64,000 nt of DNA from the IMG/VR virus record IMGVR_UViG_3300042314_000343, positions 39,318-103,317 of that record. One strand, given 5' to 3'. The stretch's first letter is position 1. Each line of letters starts with the position of its first letter. Origin of the DNA: a virus. The position numbers were made by a program, and so were the translations under genes. Of this stretch, positions 26,816 through 38,200 are shown piece after piece. Below the pieces are notes generated by a model. The model did no database searches. It saw only the letters and a program-made list of their open reading frames with translations, and was not told where the DNA came from.

Positions 26816-29800
26816 ATGGCTGATATTGAGTCAAATATAAGAATAGATATTGATACCACAGACGCTCTGTCTGCTATCAAGAATCTGCAAAGACAGATAT
26901 CAGCCTTTCACAGCACAATGCAGCAGTCTGGCAACGCTGCCAATGCAGCCATCTCTGATGGCATGCAAAGAAACTTAGTCAATTCGATTAATGCCACAAA
27001 GAAGTTCTCTGCATCTATGGTGGATGTAAAGGGCAGTACAGAATCTTTTACTACTGCTCTTGAAAAGAACAAGCTCTCCCTTGGACAATACTTTAGGTAT
27101 GCTGGGGCATCTACAAAAACCTTTGGAAGACTCTTTACAAATGAGTTTAACACTATTGAGAAGGTTGCTAGAGAAAGAGTAAAGACCCTACAGACCCAGT
27201 ATATCAAGATGGGTAGAGATGCCAACGGTGCAATCCAAGCAATCAAGGTTAGGCCACTCGCCCTTGACATGGAAAAGCTTGGTACTCAGGTACAGATAGC
27301 AGCCCAGAAGCAGCAGATATTTAATCAGCTTCTAAAGCAAGGTTCTACAAACCTTCTAAACTTTGGTAAGAATACTCAGTGGGCTGGTCGTCAGCTTATG
27401 GTTGGTTTTACTGTACCACTTAGCATGATGGGTGTAGCTGCCGTAAAGTCTTTCATGGAAATGGAAAAGGCAGTTCTAAAGTTCCAAAGAGTCTATGGAG
27501 ATCTTGGCACAACTGCTGGCGATACCGAGAAGATGATCAAGCAGATCGAAAAGCTAGCTAATAGCTTTACCAAGTATGGTGTTGCAGTAGCAGACACAAT
27601 GTCTTTGGCAGCCGATGCTGCAGCCATGGGTAAGACTGGTGCCGATTTGTCTGCACAGGTATCTGAAGCAACCAGGCTAGCAATTCTTGGTGGTGTAGAG
27701 CAAGCTCAAGCACTTGAGACCACTACATCACTTACAAACGCCTTCGGCGTTGCAACAGAAGATCTGGCAAATAAGATAAACTTCTTGAACTCCGTTGAAA
27801 ACCAGACGGTAACATCCATTGAAGACCTAACCATTGCTATTCCAAAAGCTGGTCCAGTTGTTCAGCAGCTAGGTGGAGACGTAGAAGATCTAGCATTCTT
27901 CCTAACAGCAATGAAGGAAGGTGGGATTAATGCCTCTGAGGGTGCTAACGCACTAAAGTCTGGTCTAGCATCTCTAATTAATCCAACTGGAAAAGCAAGC
28001 GAGTTTTTGCAAACTTTTGGCATAAACGTAAAGAACATTGTAGACTCAAACAAGGGTGACGTTAAGGGGCTAGTTCTAGACTTTGCATCAGCACTAGATA
28101 CCCTAGATCCACTAAACCGTGCTCGTGCCATTGAGCAGATGTTTGGTAAGTTCCAGTTCGCCCGTATGTCAACACTATTCCAAAACGTAATTGCCGAGGG
28201 TAGCCAGGCCTCACGTGTACTTGACATGACAAAGGCATCAGCCCAAGAGCTAGCAATTCTATCTGAACGAGAAATGAAGAAGGTAGAGAATTCTCCAATG
28301 TTTAAGTTCCAGAAGGCATTGGAAGATATCAAGGCATCTCTAATTCCTTTGGGAGAAGAATTCCTAAAGTTGATCACACCACTTGTTGAGTTTGGTGTAG
28401 ATATGCTTAAGCAGTTTAACAATCTTGATGCAGGGGTTAAGCAGTTTGTTATGGGTGCTGTTGGTGTCCTTGGCCTAATAGCACCAGCAGCAATTATGAC
28501 CTTTGGTCTTTTTGCCAACGGTATCGCAAACATCATCAAGGGCGTTAGCTCTGTTAGCAAAATGTTCTACAAGCTTGCAGGTGCTACATCAGATGCAGCT
28601 GGCCCAATGGGATACTTTACCCAAGAACAGCTAGAAGCTTCAGCAGTGGCTGCCTCGCTTGAGCAGGTACACTCAAACCTTACTCAGCAATTTACATCAG
28701 AGACTTTTGCAATCCTAGGGCTAAAGGATGCTTATCACCAAGCCATTATAGCTATTAACGAGTACAGTGCCGCATCTTCACTTGCAAGAGCAGCAGCAAC
28801 TCCAACCCCATCAGTAGCACCTCCAATCTCAAAGGTTCCTGGTTCACGTCGTGCACAGTCACCTGGAGGAAGTCTTCCAGGGTATGCTTCTGGAATTATC
28901 TCAGTACCAGGACCCAAGGGTGCTGGAGATGTTGTTCCATCTTTGCTCTCTCCTGGAGAAGCCGTCATCCCTGCCGATGTTGCTAAGAAAAACCGTGGCT
29001 TTATCGCAGCAATGATTGCTGGAAAAATTCCAGGCTTTAATGGTGGTAAAGTTGGGTTCGACGGCATGGGGGACACAGAGAAGTACAAGGCACAGGAGTA
29101 TATTGATTCAATCTCAGCAGCTTTACCAAATGGCGTAGAGATTGTTACAAAGGCTTTAGATCGGGCAAGAGAAGACCTAAAGCTTACCTCAGCTGGATTG
29201 CTAAGAGAGATGTCTGTTGTTGCAGAGCAATTTGGGGTTGGCTCATCAGAACTTCTTAAGGCAGCTGGATGGACAAATGATCAAATTGGAAAAAAGCGTG
29301 GCTCACAGCAAACAGAAAATATTCAAGAGCAGTGGGCAAGAGAAAGGGGGTCGGTAGGAGAGATAGAGGCAAGAAGGGCATCGGAGGCATCAGCTACTGG
29401 AAGAGATGCAATAAGAGATTTCCACATGTCGAACGGTATGACTGAAGAAGAGGCTTTGAAAAAGGCTAATGCTCAAACACACAATGCAGGTTCTGTAAGA
29501 TCCCACATCGTTGATGTTGGACCTAACGCAAAGTTTGCAGCAAACAAAGAGGCATTTTCTACAAGCGTTACCACTGCACAGTCTGATCTTGCAAATAACT
29601 TTTTAACCAACCTAATAGATAGACCAACTGGCAAGAAGAGGGGAAGCTTTGATGCCATGCAGGAAGCTATCCGTAGTCCAGAAGCAGGCATTGATCCTGC
29701 AATGCAGGACGCAATATTGGAAAAGATTGAGACCGATATAGCATTAACAGAGCAAGAGCTTATTGAGCAGGGTAAGGCCATAGACCTTATTCTTACAAAA

Positions 29801-32800
29801 AGAAGAGATCTTATTGCCCAGGGCGGAGCCGCCTTTGAGTCGCAACTTGTTGGAATGTCGGCAGAAGCAAAGTATTATGGATCTCAGGAAAGAATTGCAG
29901 GGGTTGGAGATAGAACTCCACAAGAGCTAGCAGCTGGAAAAGCCGCAATTAACAAGGTAATGTATCGTGGCAACCAGCAGTATGCAGAAACAGAAAACCT
30001 TCCACGAATTGGAGCAAAGCTAGCAGACCCAACCGATCCAAAAGACGTTGCCCTGATGAAGCAAAACGGCGTTGACCTAGTCAAGGGAATGGATCTTGGT
30101 ATTAGGGAAGAGGGAGAGCTAGCTTCACCTTCGAAGAAGATGTTCCGCAGCGGTGCTGACCTAGTTAGAGGCCTTGTCAATGGAGTCAAAGAAGGCTACG
30201 ATGAAGCCAACCAGGTTGGAGATCAGCTAGGAGATGCTATCATAAACGGGGCAAGACCAGACGGACTTCCACCAACTCTGCCATCAATTCCAGGTTTCCC
30301 AACCACACCAACTCCATCATTTACGCCACCAGCTAGTGATGCTGCATCGGTTGGAAAGAATATTGGAAAGAAACTCTTCAAGGGTATTGATGACAAGCTA
30401 TCTGACCTATTTACAACTGGTGCTCTTTCAAACACAGCTCTAGGGCAGGCATTTAAGAATAACGCAATCTCAAATGCACTTGAGTCTGGCGGATACAAGA
30501 ATGGCGTAATCCTTACAGACAGCAAGGGCAATGAGGCTGACAGAGCAAACGTCAATCCTGCTGTAGGAGCTGGCTCTGCTGCAATGATGGCAGCTAGCAT
30601 AAACAATGGGAACGACAACCAGTTAGCATTCGACGCTGATGGAAACCCTATTGTAGATAATAAGGGCAGACAGCTAACTCAGCAGCAGCAGGAGAAGAGT
30701 CTTAAGAAGCAGGCATCTGCACAGAAGCGTGGTCGTATGGCAGGAAAGGCCATGGGTGCCCTAGGAACCCTAACGATGGTTTCTGGAATGGCATCTGGCA
30801 TGGGCGGCCCAATTGGAGACATTGCTAGTGCGGCAACCCCATTCCTTGGTGCACTCTCTGCTATTGTGCCACTTCTAATGGCTTTGCCACTACCAATTGC
30901 AGCGGTAGTTGCTGGACTAGGACTAATTGCTTTTGGATTGTACAAGCTTAACGAAGGCCTAATGAAGGCAAGAGAAGAAGCCACTAAGATGGCAAAAACA
31001 TTCTCTTCTGGTAGAGAGGCAATGGATGGCCTAGCTGAATTTGCTGGAACTGTAAACCCTTCTGAGGCTATGGACAGGATCCGTGCTGAGCGTAGAGTTC
31101 CATACCAAATTGTAACTGGTAAGAACACGTTTGGTGCAGAATATCTAGAGTCTGAGGCTGGAAAGAATCTTATAGATCAAGCAAGGACTGCCAAGCAAAA
31201 TGATGGCGGAGCAGCAGCATCCAAAGCTTTGGCAATTCAGCTTTCTCAAGCTATTGCCTCAAACGTTCTTACAAAGAATCAGGCGGCTAGCATTGCAAGC
31301 AATGTTGGAGAAGCACTGGGAGATTACGACTTTGCTATAGACGTTAACGCAACAATGGTTGAGCTGATTGGTCCAGGAGGAGAAGACCTAACGAAGGATC
31401 CTCTAGAAATTCAGGCTAGAATTATTGAGGCAAAGCAGGAAACACTTACCCAAACTGGTGGAGCAAAAGAGCTAATCGATGCGACAAACAAAGACATGGG
31501 TATAGACGGAAGGCAGAATTATACAGAGGTTGCTGCAGCAGAAGCTCAGGTCTCTAAAGCAATTCAAGACATTGCAGACATGGGCCAACAGAACCTGGAC
31601 ACACTAGAGCTTGAGCATTTAAAGAGGCTAGAGGTTCTTGAGGCAGCTGGAGACCTAGCAGGAATAGAAAAAGAAAACAAAAAGTTTAACCAGGACAAGC
31701 TTGATGTACTTAACACTACATCGGCTGCTCTAAAAGAAGAGGCTGCATATCTAGATAAACTAGAGGGCCAGGGCGGAGCAAGACGCAAGTCTGCAGAACA
31801 AATTGTTGACAACATGGAGAACTCGTTTGAGGCACTATTTGCAAGTGCTGATGAGGCAACAAAAAAGATGGCGACCAGGGTAGTCGAAAACATCTCTGAC
31901 CAAGCCAACTTCTCCTTCTCTGCCAAAGCCGCAATTCTTGCAACAATGACTGTAGACAATGTAGACCTATTTGATAGAGTCCAGACACTATTCGATCCAG
32001 ATAATGCAAAGAATGATGTTGTGTGGAATGGTATTGCCAACATGTCACTTGAATTTGGCAAGGGCATGACAGAAGACATGCTCGCAATACTGCCAGGATT
32101 CTCTGACGTAAATAAGGCAGGAAACTTCATTGATTATGTACTTAGGCTAAAAACAGAGGGCGGCCCAGAATCATCAGATGCAGCATTGCAGACCATGACA
32201 GCTTTGAGCAAGCTAAAGACATTTGATAAGGACGGAAAAGAAAAGCCAATAAGTCTAGATCAGTATGTGGATAAGGATGGAAAGGTTACAGAAAAATTTA
32301 AAACTCTAACCAAAAACATTAAAGAGATGAACACTCTCTTCTCAAAAAACAAGGGTAAGAAGATTACCTATGAGATGATGTCCAAGGTGACTGGTCTAGA
32401 CCTTAGCAAAGAGGCACAGGCATACTTCAACAGCCTACCAGCAGACCAGCAGAAGATTTATACGGAGACATACCTGACAGTTCTAGACACCATAGATCTT
32501 AGCACTGACGAAGGAAAGGCTAGAGTTAAGAAGTACAGGGCAGATGCAAACCTTATTGGTGGAACTGTAGCAAACTATACAGCTGGGCTAACGGATTTGG
32601 AAGTTGCACAATCAATTGCAAGCGGAGACGCTTACCAAAAAACCGAAGAATCTAAGGGTATCACAACCGTAGAAGAAGAGGAAGAGGAAGAAGAAGATAG
32701 CGGCGGAACCAAGACCGATCCATACGAGAATCTACTTTCAAGACTAAAGAGAGTTAGAGATGCAGCCATAAATGCAGCTGGAGGAATCTCTGAGCTAAAC

Positions 32801-34594
32801 AAGGCATTGGCAAAGGGAAGCACTATTGCAAAGGGTCTGTTCCGTGGAGTAAGTCAACAGCTAACTATGGCAGGGTACAGTGCTGAGTTCATTGATGACA
32901 TGATGGCACTTGATGAAGAGCAACGCAAGAAGTTTATGACTGTTGATAAAAAGGGTAAGGTAACCGTTACAAAGGACGGTAAGGCTTATCAGGAGGGCTT
33001 GCGTGAAGCAGCCATTGGAGAGTACCAGGATTCCGTTGTTCGCTCCACCGCAGATCTTGGCTACCAGTCCGAAGCATTTGACAAGCTAGTAAAAAATGGT
33101 ATGTCTACTGCAGATGCAATGGAAGTGGCATCAGATGCAAATATGGCATATGCTATAGCTACAAACGCTTCTACGACAGAAATTAAAGACATGGTAAAGT
33201 GGCTAGAGAAGCAGGCTAAGGCACAAAGAGAGCTAGACTTCAAGACCGCAGCAGGCCGAGAGAAGATCGTATCTGGAGCAACCTCTAAGGTTAGCGAATA
33301 CTTTGCTGCTCAAGAAGCCAAGGTTAACAAAGACTTTGAGAGCGGAGCAAACACTAGCGGAAGAAACACTTCTGGATTTAACATTGGTAAAACTAGAAGC
33401 GAAATAGAAAAGGCTCAAGACGAGATTGCGGATTACCAGTATGAGATTGATGACATACAGTACCAGCTAGATGGAATTGCCAAGGCAGAAGACGAGATAA
33501 ACAAGAGGTACGAAGAGCGAGTTGAGGCACTAGAAAACATTTGGGAAGCAAACAGCGACATTATGGAGCAGCAGAAGGGCCAGCTCTCTATAGCTCAGGC
33601 ACTAACATCTGGTGACGTTGCAGCAGCAGCAAAGGCAATGCAGGAAGAGCAAGCCAGAGCTGCAGATAGAGCAAGAGAAGAGCAGAAGGCTGCTCTAGAA
33701 AAGTCAAAGGAGCTAGAGCTTGCTTCTGTAAGGTCTACTAATGGAAAGACCAGGGTAGAGCTAGAAAAGAGCTTGCTAACGCTTCAGGAAAAAATAGCGA
33801 AGATTGAAGAAGAAAGAGTAGAGCCAGCAGAAAAGATTGTTAAGGCTGCAGAGCGAGCTAAGGCACTAGCTATTGAAGCAGTCGGGGAAGCTGGCTATCT
33901 CGGTCAAACAAAGAAGGCTTGGGAGAATGTGGCAGATGCTGCAAGAAACGCTACCGTAGAGTCTGAGGAGTTTGCAAAGTCAATTCAGGAGGCACTAAAG
34001 GCTATTCCAGGATTCACAGAAGTGCTTGATGCAAACGGTAAGTTTATGTCATTTAAGTTTGATCCAAAGGCATACTCAGCCTGGCTAGGAACTCCAGCAG
34101 AAGGCTCTGGTTCAGGTGCAGCCAGCAATACCGTCGTTGATAAAGAAGCTTTGGCTGCAATTAATACAAAGATTGCAAATGCAGAGCGTTACAAGGCTAA
34201 TATGGAGAAGTTGGGCAGGTCGGCAGAGGCAGCAGGAGCCCAGGCAAAACTAACTGCATACTATGCTGAGCGAAAGAGAATTCAGGGTCTTTCAAAGGGT
34301 GGAATGGTTGTGCCAAAGTACTTTGCCTCTGGTGGATTTGCAATGGGAACAGATACTGTCCCAGCCATGCTCACACCAGGAGAATTTGTAATGAGCAACT
34401 ATGCGGTAAAGACCCACGGTATTGACAAGATGAGAGCAATCAATTCAGGAAGAACAGTTGGTGATTCAGTGTATAATAGTTATGAGTTGAATGTCAATGT
34501 TAAATCAGATGCAAACGCAGACGAAATCGCCAGAGCAGTAATGACCCAGATTAGACAAGTAAACTCTCAGCAAGTAAGAGGAAATAGGTTCTAA
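26816..34594 (+). CDS. Tape measure protein
   Basis: 2592 aa, Ala/Lys/Glu helical, TP901-type TMP core, hydrophobic segments, position. Confidence 0.95.
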   Translation: MADIESNIRIDIDTTDALSAIKNLQRQISAFHSTMQQSGNAANAAISDGMQRNLVNSINATKKFSASMVDVKGSTESFTTALEKNKLSLGQYFRYAGASTKTFGRLFTNEFNTIEKVARERVKTLQTQYIKMGRDANGAIQAIKVRPLALDMEKLGTQVQIAAQKQQIFNQLLKQGSTNLLNFGKNTQWAGRQLMVGFTVPLSMMGVAAVKSFMEMEKAVLKFQRVYGDLGTTAGDTEKMIKQIEKLANSFTKYGVAVADTMSLAADAAAMGKTGADLSAQVSEATRLAILGGVEQAQALETTTSLTNAFGVATEDLANKINFLNSVENQTVTSIEDLTIAIPKAGPVVQQLGGDVEDLAFFLTAMKEGGINASEGANALKSGLASLINPTGKASEFLQTFGINVKNIVDSNKGDVKGLVLDFASALDTLDPLNRARAIEQMFGKFQFARMSTLFQNVIAEGSQASRVLDMTKASAQELAILSEREMKKVENSPMFKFQKALEDIKASLIPLGEEFLKLITPLVEFGVDMLKQFNNLDAGVKQFVMGAVGVLGLIAPAAIMTFGLFANGIANIIKGVSSVSKMFYKLAGATSDAAGPMGYFTQEQLEASAVAASLEQVHSNLTQQFTSETFAILGLKDAYHQAIIAINEYSAASSLARAAATPTPSVAPPISKVPGSRRAQSPGGSLPGYASGIISVPGPKGAGDVVPSLLSPGEAVIPADVAKKNRGFIAAMIAGKIPGFNGGKVGFDGMGDTEKYKAQEYIDSISAALPNGVEIVTKALDRAREDLKLTSAGLLREMSVVAEQFGVGSSELLKAAGWTNDQIGKKRGSQQTENIQEQWARERGSVGEIEARRASEASATGRDAIRDFHMSNGMTEEEALKKANAQTHNAGSVRSHIVDVGPNAKFAANKEAFSTSVTTAQSDLANNFLTNLIDRPTGKKRGSFDAMQEAIRSPEAGIDPAMQDAILEKIETDIALTEQELIEQGKAIDLILTKRRDLIAQGGAAFESQLVGMSAEAKYYGSQERIAGVGDRTPQELAAGKAAINKVMYRGNQQYAETENLPRIGAKLADPTDPKDVALMKQNGVDLVKGMDLGIREEGELASPSKKMFRSGADLVRGLVNGVKEGYDEANQVGDQLGDAIINGARPDGLPPTLPSIPGFPTTPTPSFTPPASDAASVGKNIGKKLFKGIDDKLSDLFTTGALSNTALGQAFKNNAISNALESGGYKNGVILTDSKGNEADRANVNPAVGAGSAAMMAASINNGNDNQLAFDADGNPIVDNKGRQLTQQQQEKSLKKQASAQKRGRMAGKAMGALGTLTMVSGMASGMGGPIGDIASAATPFLGALSAIVPLLMALPLPIAAVVAGLGLIAFGLYKLNEGLMKAREEATKMAKTFSSGREAMDGLAEFAGTVNPSEAMDRIRAERRVPYQIVTGKNTFGAEYLESEAGKNLIDQARTAKQNDGGAAASKALAIQLSQAIASNVLTKNQAASIASNVGEALGDYDFAIDVNATMVELIGPGGEDLTKDPLEIQARIIEAKQETLTQTGGAKELIDATNKDMGIDGRQNYTEVAAAEAQVSKAIQDIADMGQQNLDTLELEHLKRLEVLEAAGDLAGIEKENKKFNQDKLDVLNTTSAALKEEAAYLDKLEGQGGARRKSAEQIVDNMENSFEALFASADEATKKMATRVVENISDQANFSFSAKAAILATMTVDNVDLFDRVQTLFDPDNAKNDVVWNGIANMSLEFGKGMTEDMLAILPGFSDVNKAGNFIDYVLRLKTEGGPESSDAALQTMTALSKLKTFDKDGKEKPISLDQYVDKDGKVTEKFKTLTKNIKEMNTLFSKNKGKKITYEMMSKVTGLDLSKEAQAYFNSLPADQQKIYTETYLTVLDTIDLSTDEGKARVKKYRADANLIGGTVANYTAGLTDLEVAQSIASGDAYQKTEESKGITTVEEEEEEEEDSGGTKTDPYENLLSRLKRVRDAAINAAGGISELNKALAKGSTIAKGLFRGVSQQLTMAGYSAEFIDDMMALDEEQRKKFMTVDKKGKVTVTKDGKAYQEGLREAAIGEYQDSVVRSTADLGYQSEAFDKLVKNGMSTADAMEVASDANMAYAIATNASTTEIKDMVKWLEKQAKAQRELDFKTAAGREKIVSGATSKVSEYFAAQEAKVNKDFESGANTSGRNTSGFNIGKTRSEIEKAQDEIADYQYEIDDIQYQLDGIAKAEDEINKRYEERVEALENIWEANSDIMEQQKGQLSIAQALTSGDVAAAAKAMQEEQARAADRAREEQKAALEKSKELELASVRSTNGKTRVELEKSLLTLQEKIAKIEEERVEPAEKIVKAAERAKALAIEAVGEAGYLGQTKKAWENVADAARNATVESEEFAKSIQEALKAIPGFTEVLDANGKFMSFKFDPKAYSAWLGTPAEGSGSGAASNTVVDKEALAAINTKIANAERYKANMEKLGRSAEAAGAQAKLTAYYAERKRIQGLSKGGMVVPKYFASGGFAMGTDTVPAMLTPGEFVMSNYAVKTHGIDKMRAINSGRTVGDSVYNSYELNVNVKSDANADEIARAVMTQIRQVNSQQVRGNRF

Positions 34595-35199
34595 TGGCAG
34601 ACATAGAGTACATGAGTGGAAGAAAGAAGTATGCAAGGCCACAGGCTGTGCTTTTTTCAGAGAACCCTGGAACTATAACTGAGTCTGGCAAAAGACTTCC
34701 AGATGGCTATGAGGTTGGTGCTGCAGAAGGCTCAGACGGATCATTCCTGATTCTTTCTGACGACAACAGAGAGCCAGTCAGCATGAGCATTGAGCGTATT
34801 GAAACCCGTGAAAGAATGATTAATGGAAGAATGCGTTCATATCACATTGCAGATAAGCTACAGTTGTCGCTGTCCTGGTCTATGATTCCATCAAGAGCAT
34901 TCTCCTCAAGCCCATCCTTTCAGGATAATGGCACAAGCTCAGCAACCTCTAAGTATACTTCAGATGGCGGTGCTGGCGGTGCAGACTTGCTAAAGTGGTA
35001 TGAAGACCACCCAGGATCATTTTGGGTTTTTCTTTCATACGATAAGCCAGATAATTTTTCCACAAATAAGTATGGCAGGCTTGCAGAGTATAGCCAGGTA
35101 ATTGAGATGTTTGTATCAGACTTCTCCTACTCCATTCAAAAGCGTGGAGCAACTAATCATGACTTCTGGGATGTGTCCATAACACTGGAAGAGGCTTAA
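34594..35199 (+). CDS. Putative distal tail protein
   Basis: Follows TMP; RMING.MRSYHIADK, W.VSITLEE. Confidence 0.6.
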   Translation: MADIEYMSGRKKYARPQAVLFSENPGTITESGKRLPDGYEVGAAEGSDGSFLILSDDNREPVSMSIERIETRERMINGRMRSYHIADKLQLSLSWSMIPSRAFSSSPSFQDNGTSSATSKYTSDGGAGGADLLKWYEDHPGSFWVFLSYDKPDNFSTNKYGRLAEYSQVIEMFVSDFSYSIQKRGATNHDFWDVSITLEEA

Positions 35200-35200
35200 A

Positions 35201-38200
35201 ATGTTTTTTAATCAAGAACTTCAAGACCACCTAGAACAAAGCTCGTCAGTTAGCTTAAAGTCTTTTATCTCTGCAGAGTGGAACATGAACGTCCCATCCA
35301 ACATAGCTACTGTTGGCAACTATCGAAACAGGCCACTAGACCTTGATTCCCCATACAACCAAGCGACATCGGTATATGATCCACTAGACAGCACCCTAAG
35401 TATTAAGCACTATACTGGTGCCACAGATGCTGACATAGCAATTGCAGGAGGGTACCAGGAGAAGCTTGATCAAGAGTTAAACCAAATCCCAGTAGTGTTT
35501 TCGTCATTAAAACAAAAAGAGAAAATGCTTTATTCTCTAGACGACTGCTTCTTAAAGTTTAGACCAAGATCTGGAATCAACAAGGCAAGATTTTTAAATG
35601 GAGTCTTTCTCCACAATACAAACTCGCAAATGGCAAGTAGGCCAAGGTACTATATGTCTAGCAAGAAGGACAACTTTAAGTATTGGTCCTCTTACAGAAC
35701 AGAGTCTTCTGGAACGAAAAACATTGAAAGAGGAATTGCCAATAAGCTAATTGGATCATCATACGTTATTGACGATGCAGCTCCATTTGTGGTTTACGAA
35801 AAGCCAGTGCCTGCCAACAGAATTGTAATTAAGATGCAGACTGGTGTAGGTACAGTAAACCTAGGACCATTTCAGACAGAGTCTGGAACTATAAATGACC
35901 CACTGTTTGGGTACGCAAACCAGAAGACACCAGTAAGGTGGAAGGTGCAATACCTAAAGAACAACTCTTGGTATGACGCCATATCTTTTGACAATAATTC
36001 AAAAAGACTAGATGGCTCTAACATTGTTGGACCAGACGGCTATGTAGAAATTGCCTACGGACCAATTATTCCAGAGAAGTATGCAAAAGCCTTCAGGTAT
36101 CTTGGAGAGATCTACGATGAAAGCATAATCCCAGAAGACTCGCTATTGGGCGATGCCTATCTAGTGAAAGAAACAGTGTCTTCTGCTGGAAGATTTGTAG
36201 TTAAAACTCAAGCTGGAAGAGAGTCATTCTCCGCAAAGTATGGCTGGTACTTGATCGATGAAGGTGTAGCTATGTCTACTCCATATGTTAAAAAGCTATC
36301 TTCACCAGACTCTTTTAAGAATGCTTCTGGAGAACAAAAGCTAAGAGAGCTAGAATTCATTTCTGGTATCAGGGTAGTTGTCGACACAATGAATGTTCAG
36401 AACTCCACCTTCGACCTGATTGAAATATCGCCAAGACTGCTCGCAGACATATCGGATATGGTCACAAACTTCAGTATTACCAAGGCAGCATCTGACCTTG
36501 GCGTAAGCGGAATGCCAGTCGGACAGCTACTAGCATCAACAGGAACACTAAGCCTTTTTGACGTAGACCAGGTATTTAATAATAATAATGAGGATAGCGT
36601 AATCTCAAACTACCAGTATGAAAATATAAAGTTCTCATTTTATGAGGTAATCAAAAATGTTAACTCTGACTCGTTCTTGGCAGACTACTACATTCCAATT
36701 AAGACGCTATACTCTGAGTCTAGACCAACCTTTTCTAGCAAAGATAGGTCAGCAGAAATAGAGCTTAGAGATCTATTCTTTCACCTAGAGTCGACAAAGG
36801 CTCCAGAGCTGTTGCTTCAGGACGCATCGACAAGCTACGCAGTAAGCCTCCTACTAGACTCTATTGGCTTTTCAAACTACACGTTCCTAACTTTGCCAGA
36901 TGAGTCGGAAGACATAATTCCTTACTTCTTTGTTGCCCCAGATAAGACCGTAGCTGAGGTTCTTCAGGATATTGCTGTCTCAACTCAAACAGCCATGTTC
37001 TTTGATGAGTACAACAACTTTGTTGTTATGAGCCGTGGATACCTAATGCCATCTGAAGAAGATAGACAGACCAATGCAGAGCTTCTGGGAACTATAGATC
37101 AGTCTAAGGACGGCACCCTAAGAAACAAGTCAACCTCAGCAAAGCTAGCAAACATTGCCGACATATCAGCGTCAGAAACAAAGGTATACAACTCTGGCAA
37201 AATAGCATACACCTCTAGATATATTCAAAGAGAGGTTGCATCGCTAAAGAACTCTTTGATGGTAGACAGGGATAAGTCTTGGATATACAAGCCAGCACTA
37301 CTGTGGGAAGTATCTCCAAGTGGCAACATTAAGTCTATCAACGATCAGACGGCGGATCAGCAACAGTACTTGTTGGCTGCTGTGCCACTAAACACTGACC
37401 TACCTGCCTCACCACCATCCGTATTGAATGGACAAATCATTAATAATATTATTGACTTTGGAGAGTCCGTACAGTGGATTGGAAGATACAATGGATACTT
37501 TTACGCCAACGGCGAGGTAATCAGGTATGACGCAGTTGAGTATAGCGTACCAGGACAAGAGTCTGGAAATGTTTGGATAACAAACATAAAGGAGTACCAG
37601 GGGTATTTCTCCAAGCTTCCATTTAACGGAAAGATGTATCAGACTGGAAGAGTTAGAATATTCTGTGTGCCAAACTATACAAACCTATCTAACGGGACAA
37701 CAATCCTATCTGAGGGACAGGTTGCACAGCACGGAAGAGGACAGTTTGGGACCCCAATAAACTATCACTCAGCAGGCGTGAATGCTTACTGGCAAGACAA
37801 CAAGAATGTTCGTGGAGTCAACATGGACCACACTAAGCTGTTCTACCAGTCAGACAACGTTTTTGCAACAGGGGCAATGTCAGCACCTCTAGAGACAAAC
37901 GGAAACTACACGATTATAGTTTCTGACTCAGAACTAATAAAGCCAGGATACAAGGTAGAAATCACTTCTGGTGTTGGAGCTTTTGAGCCAGGACCACTCC
38001 CATCGGTCGTAGAGGTCGTTGATGATACCCACGTCAGAATAGACAGAAAGATTGTTACTGCACTTAACAACGCTAGCATAATCTTTTATACAAAGCAGGC
38101 AGAACCATTTTATGGAAAAGCTGGGACATCGTTCTCATCTGGAACCAGTAATTCTTTTGCTCAAAAAACTGGAAGAAATTCAATTATAAAAAACTTTAAC

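Noticed and set aside
26760-26820. Programmed frameshift at the end of the short tail chaperone
   Set aside because: No slippery heptamer and no downstream overlapping ORF before the TMP
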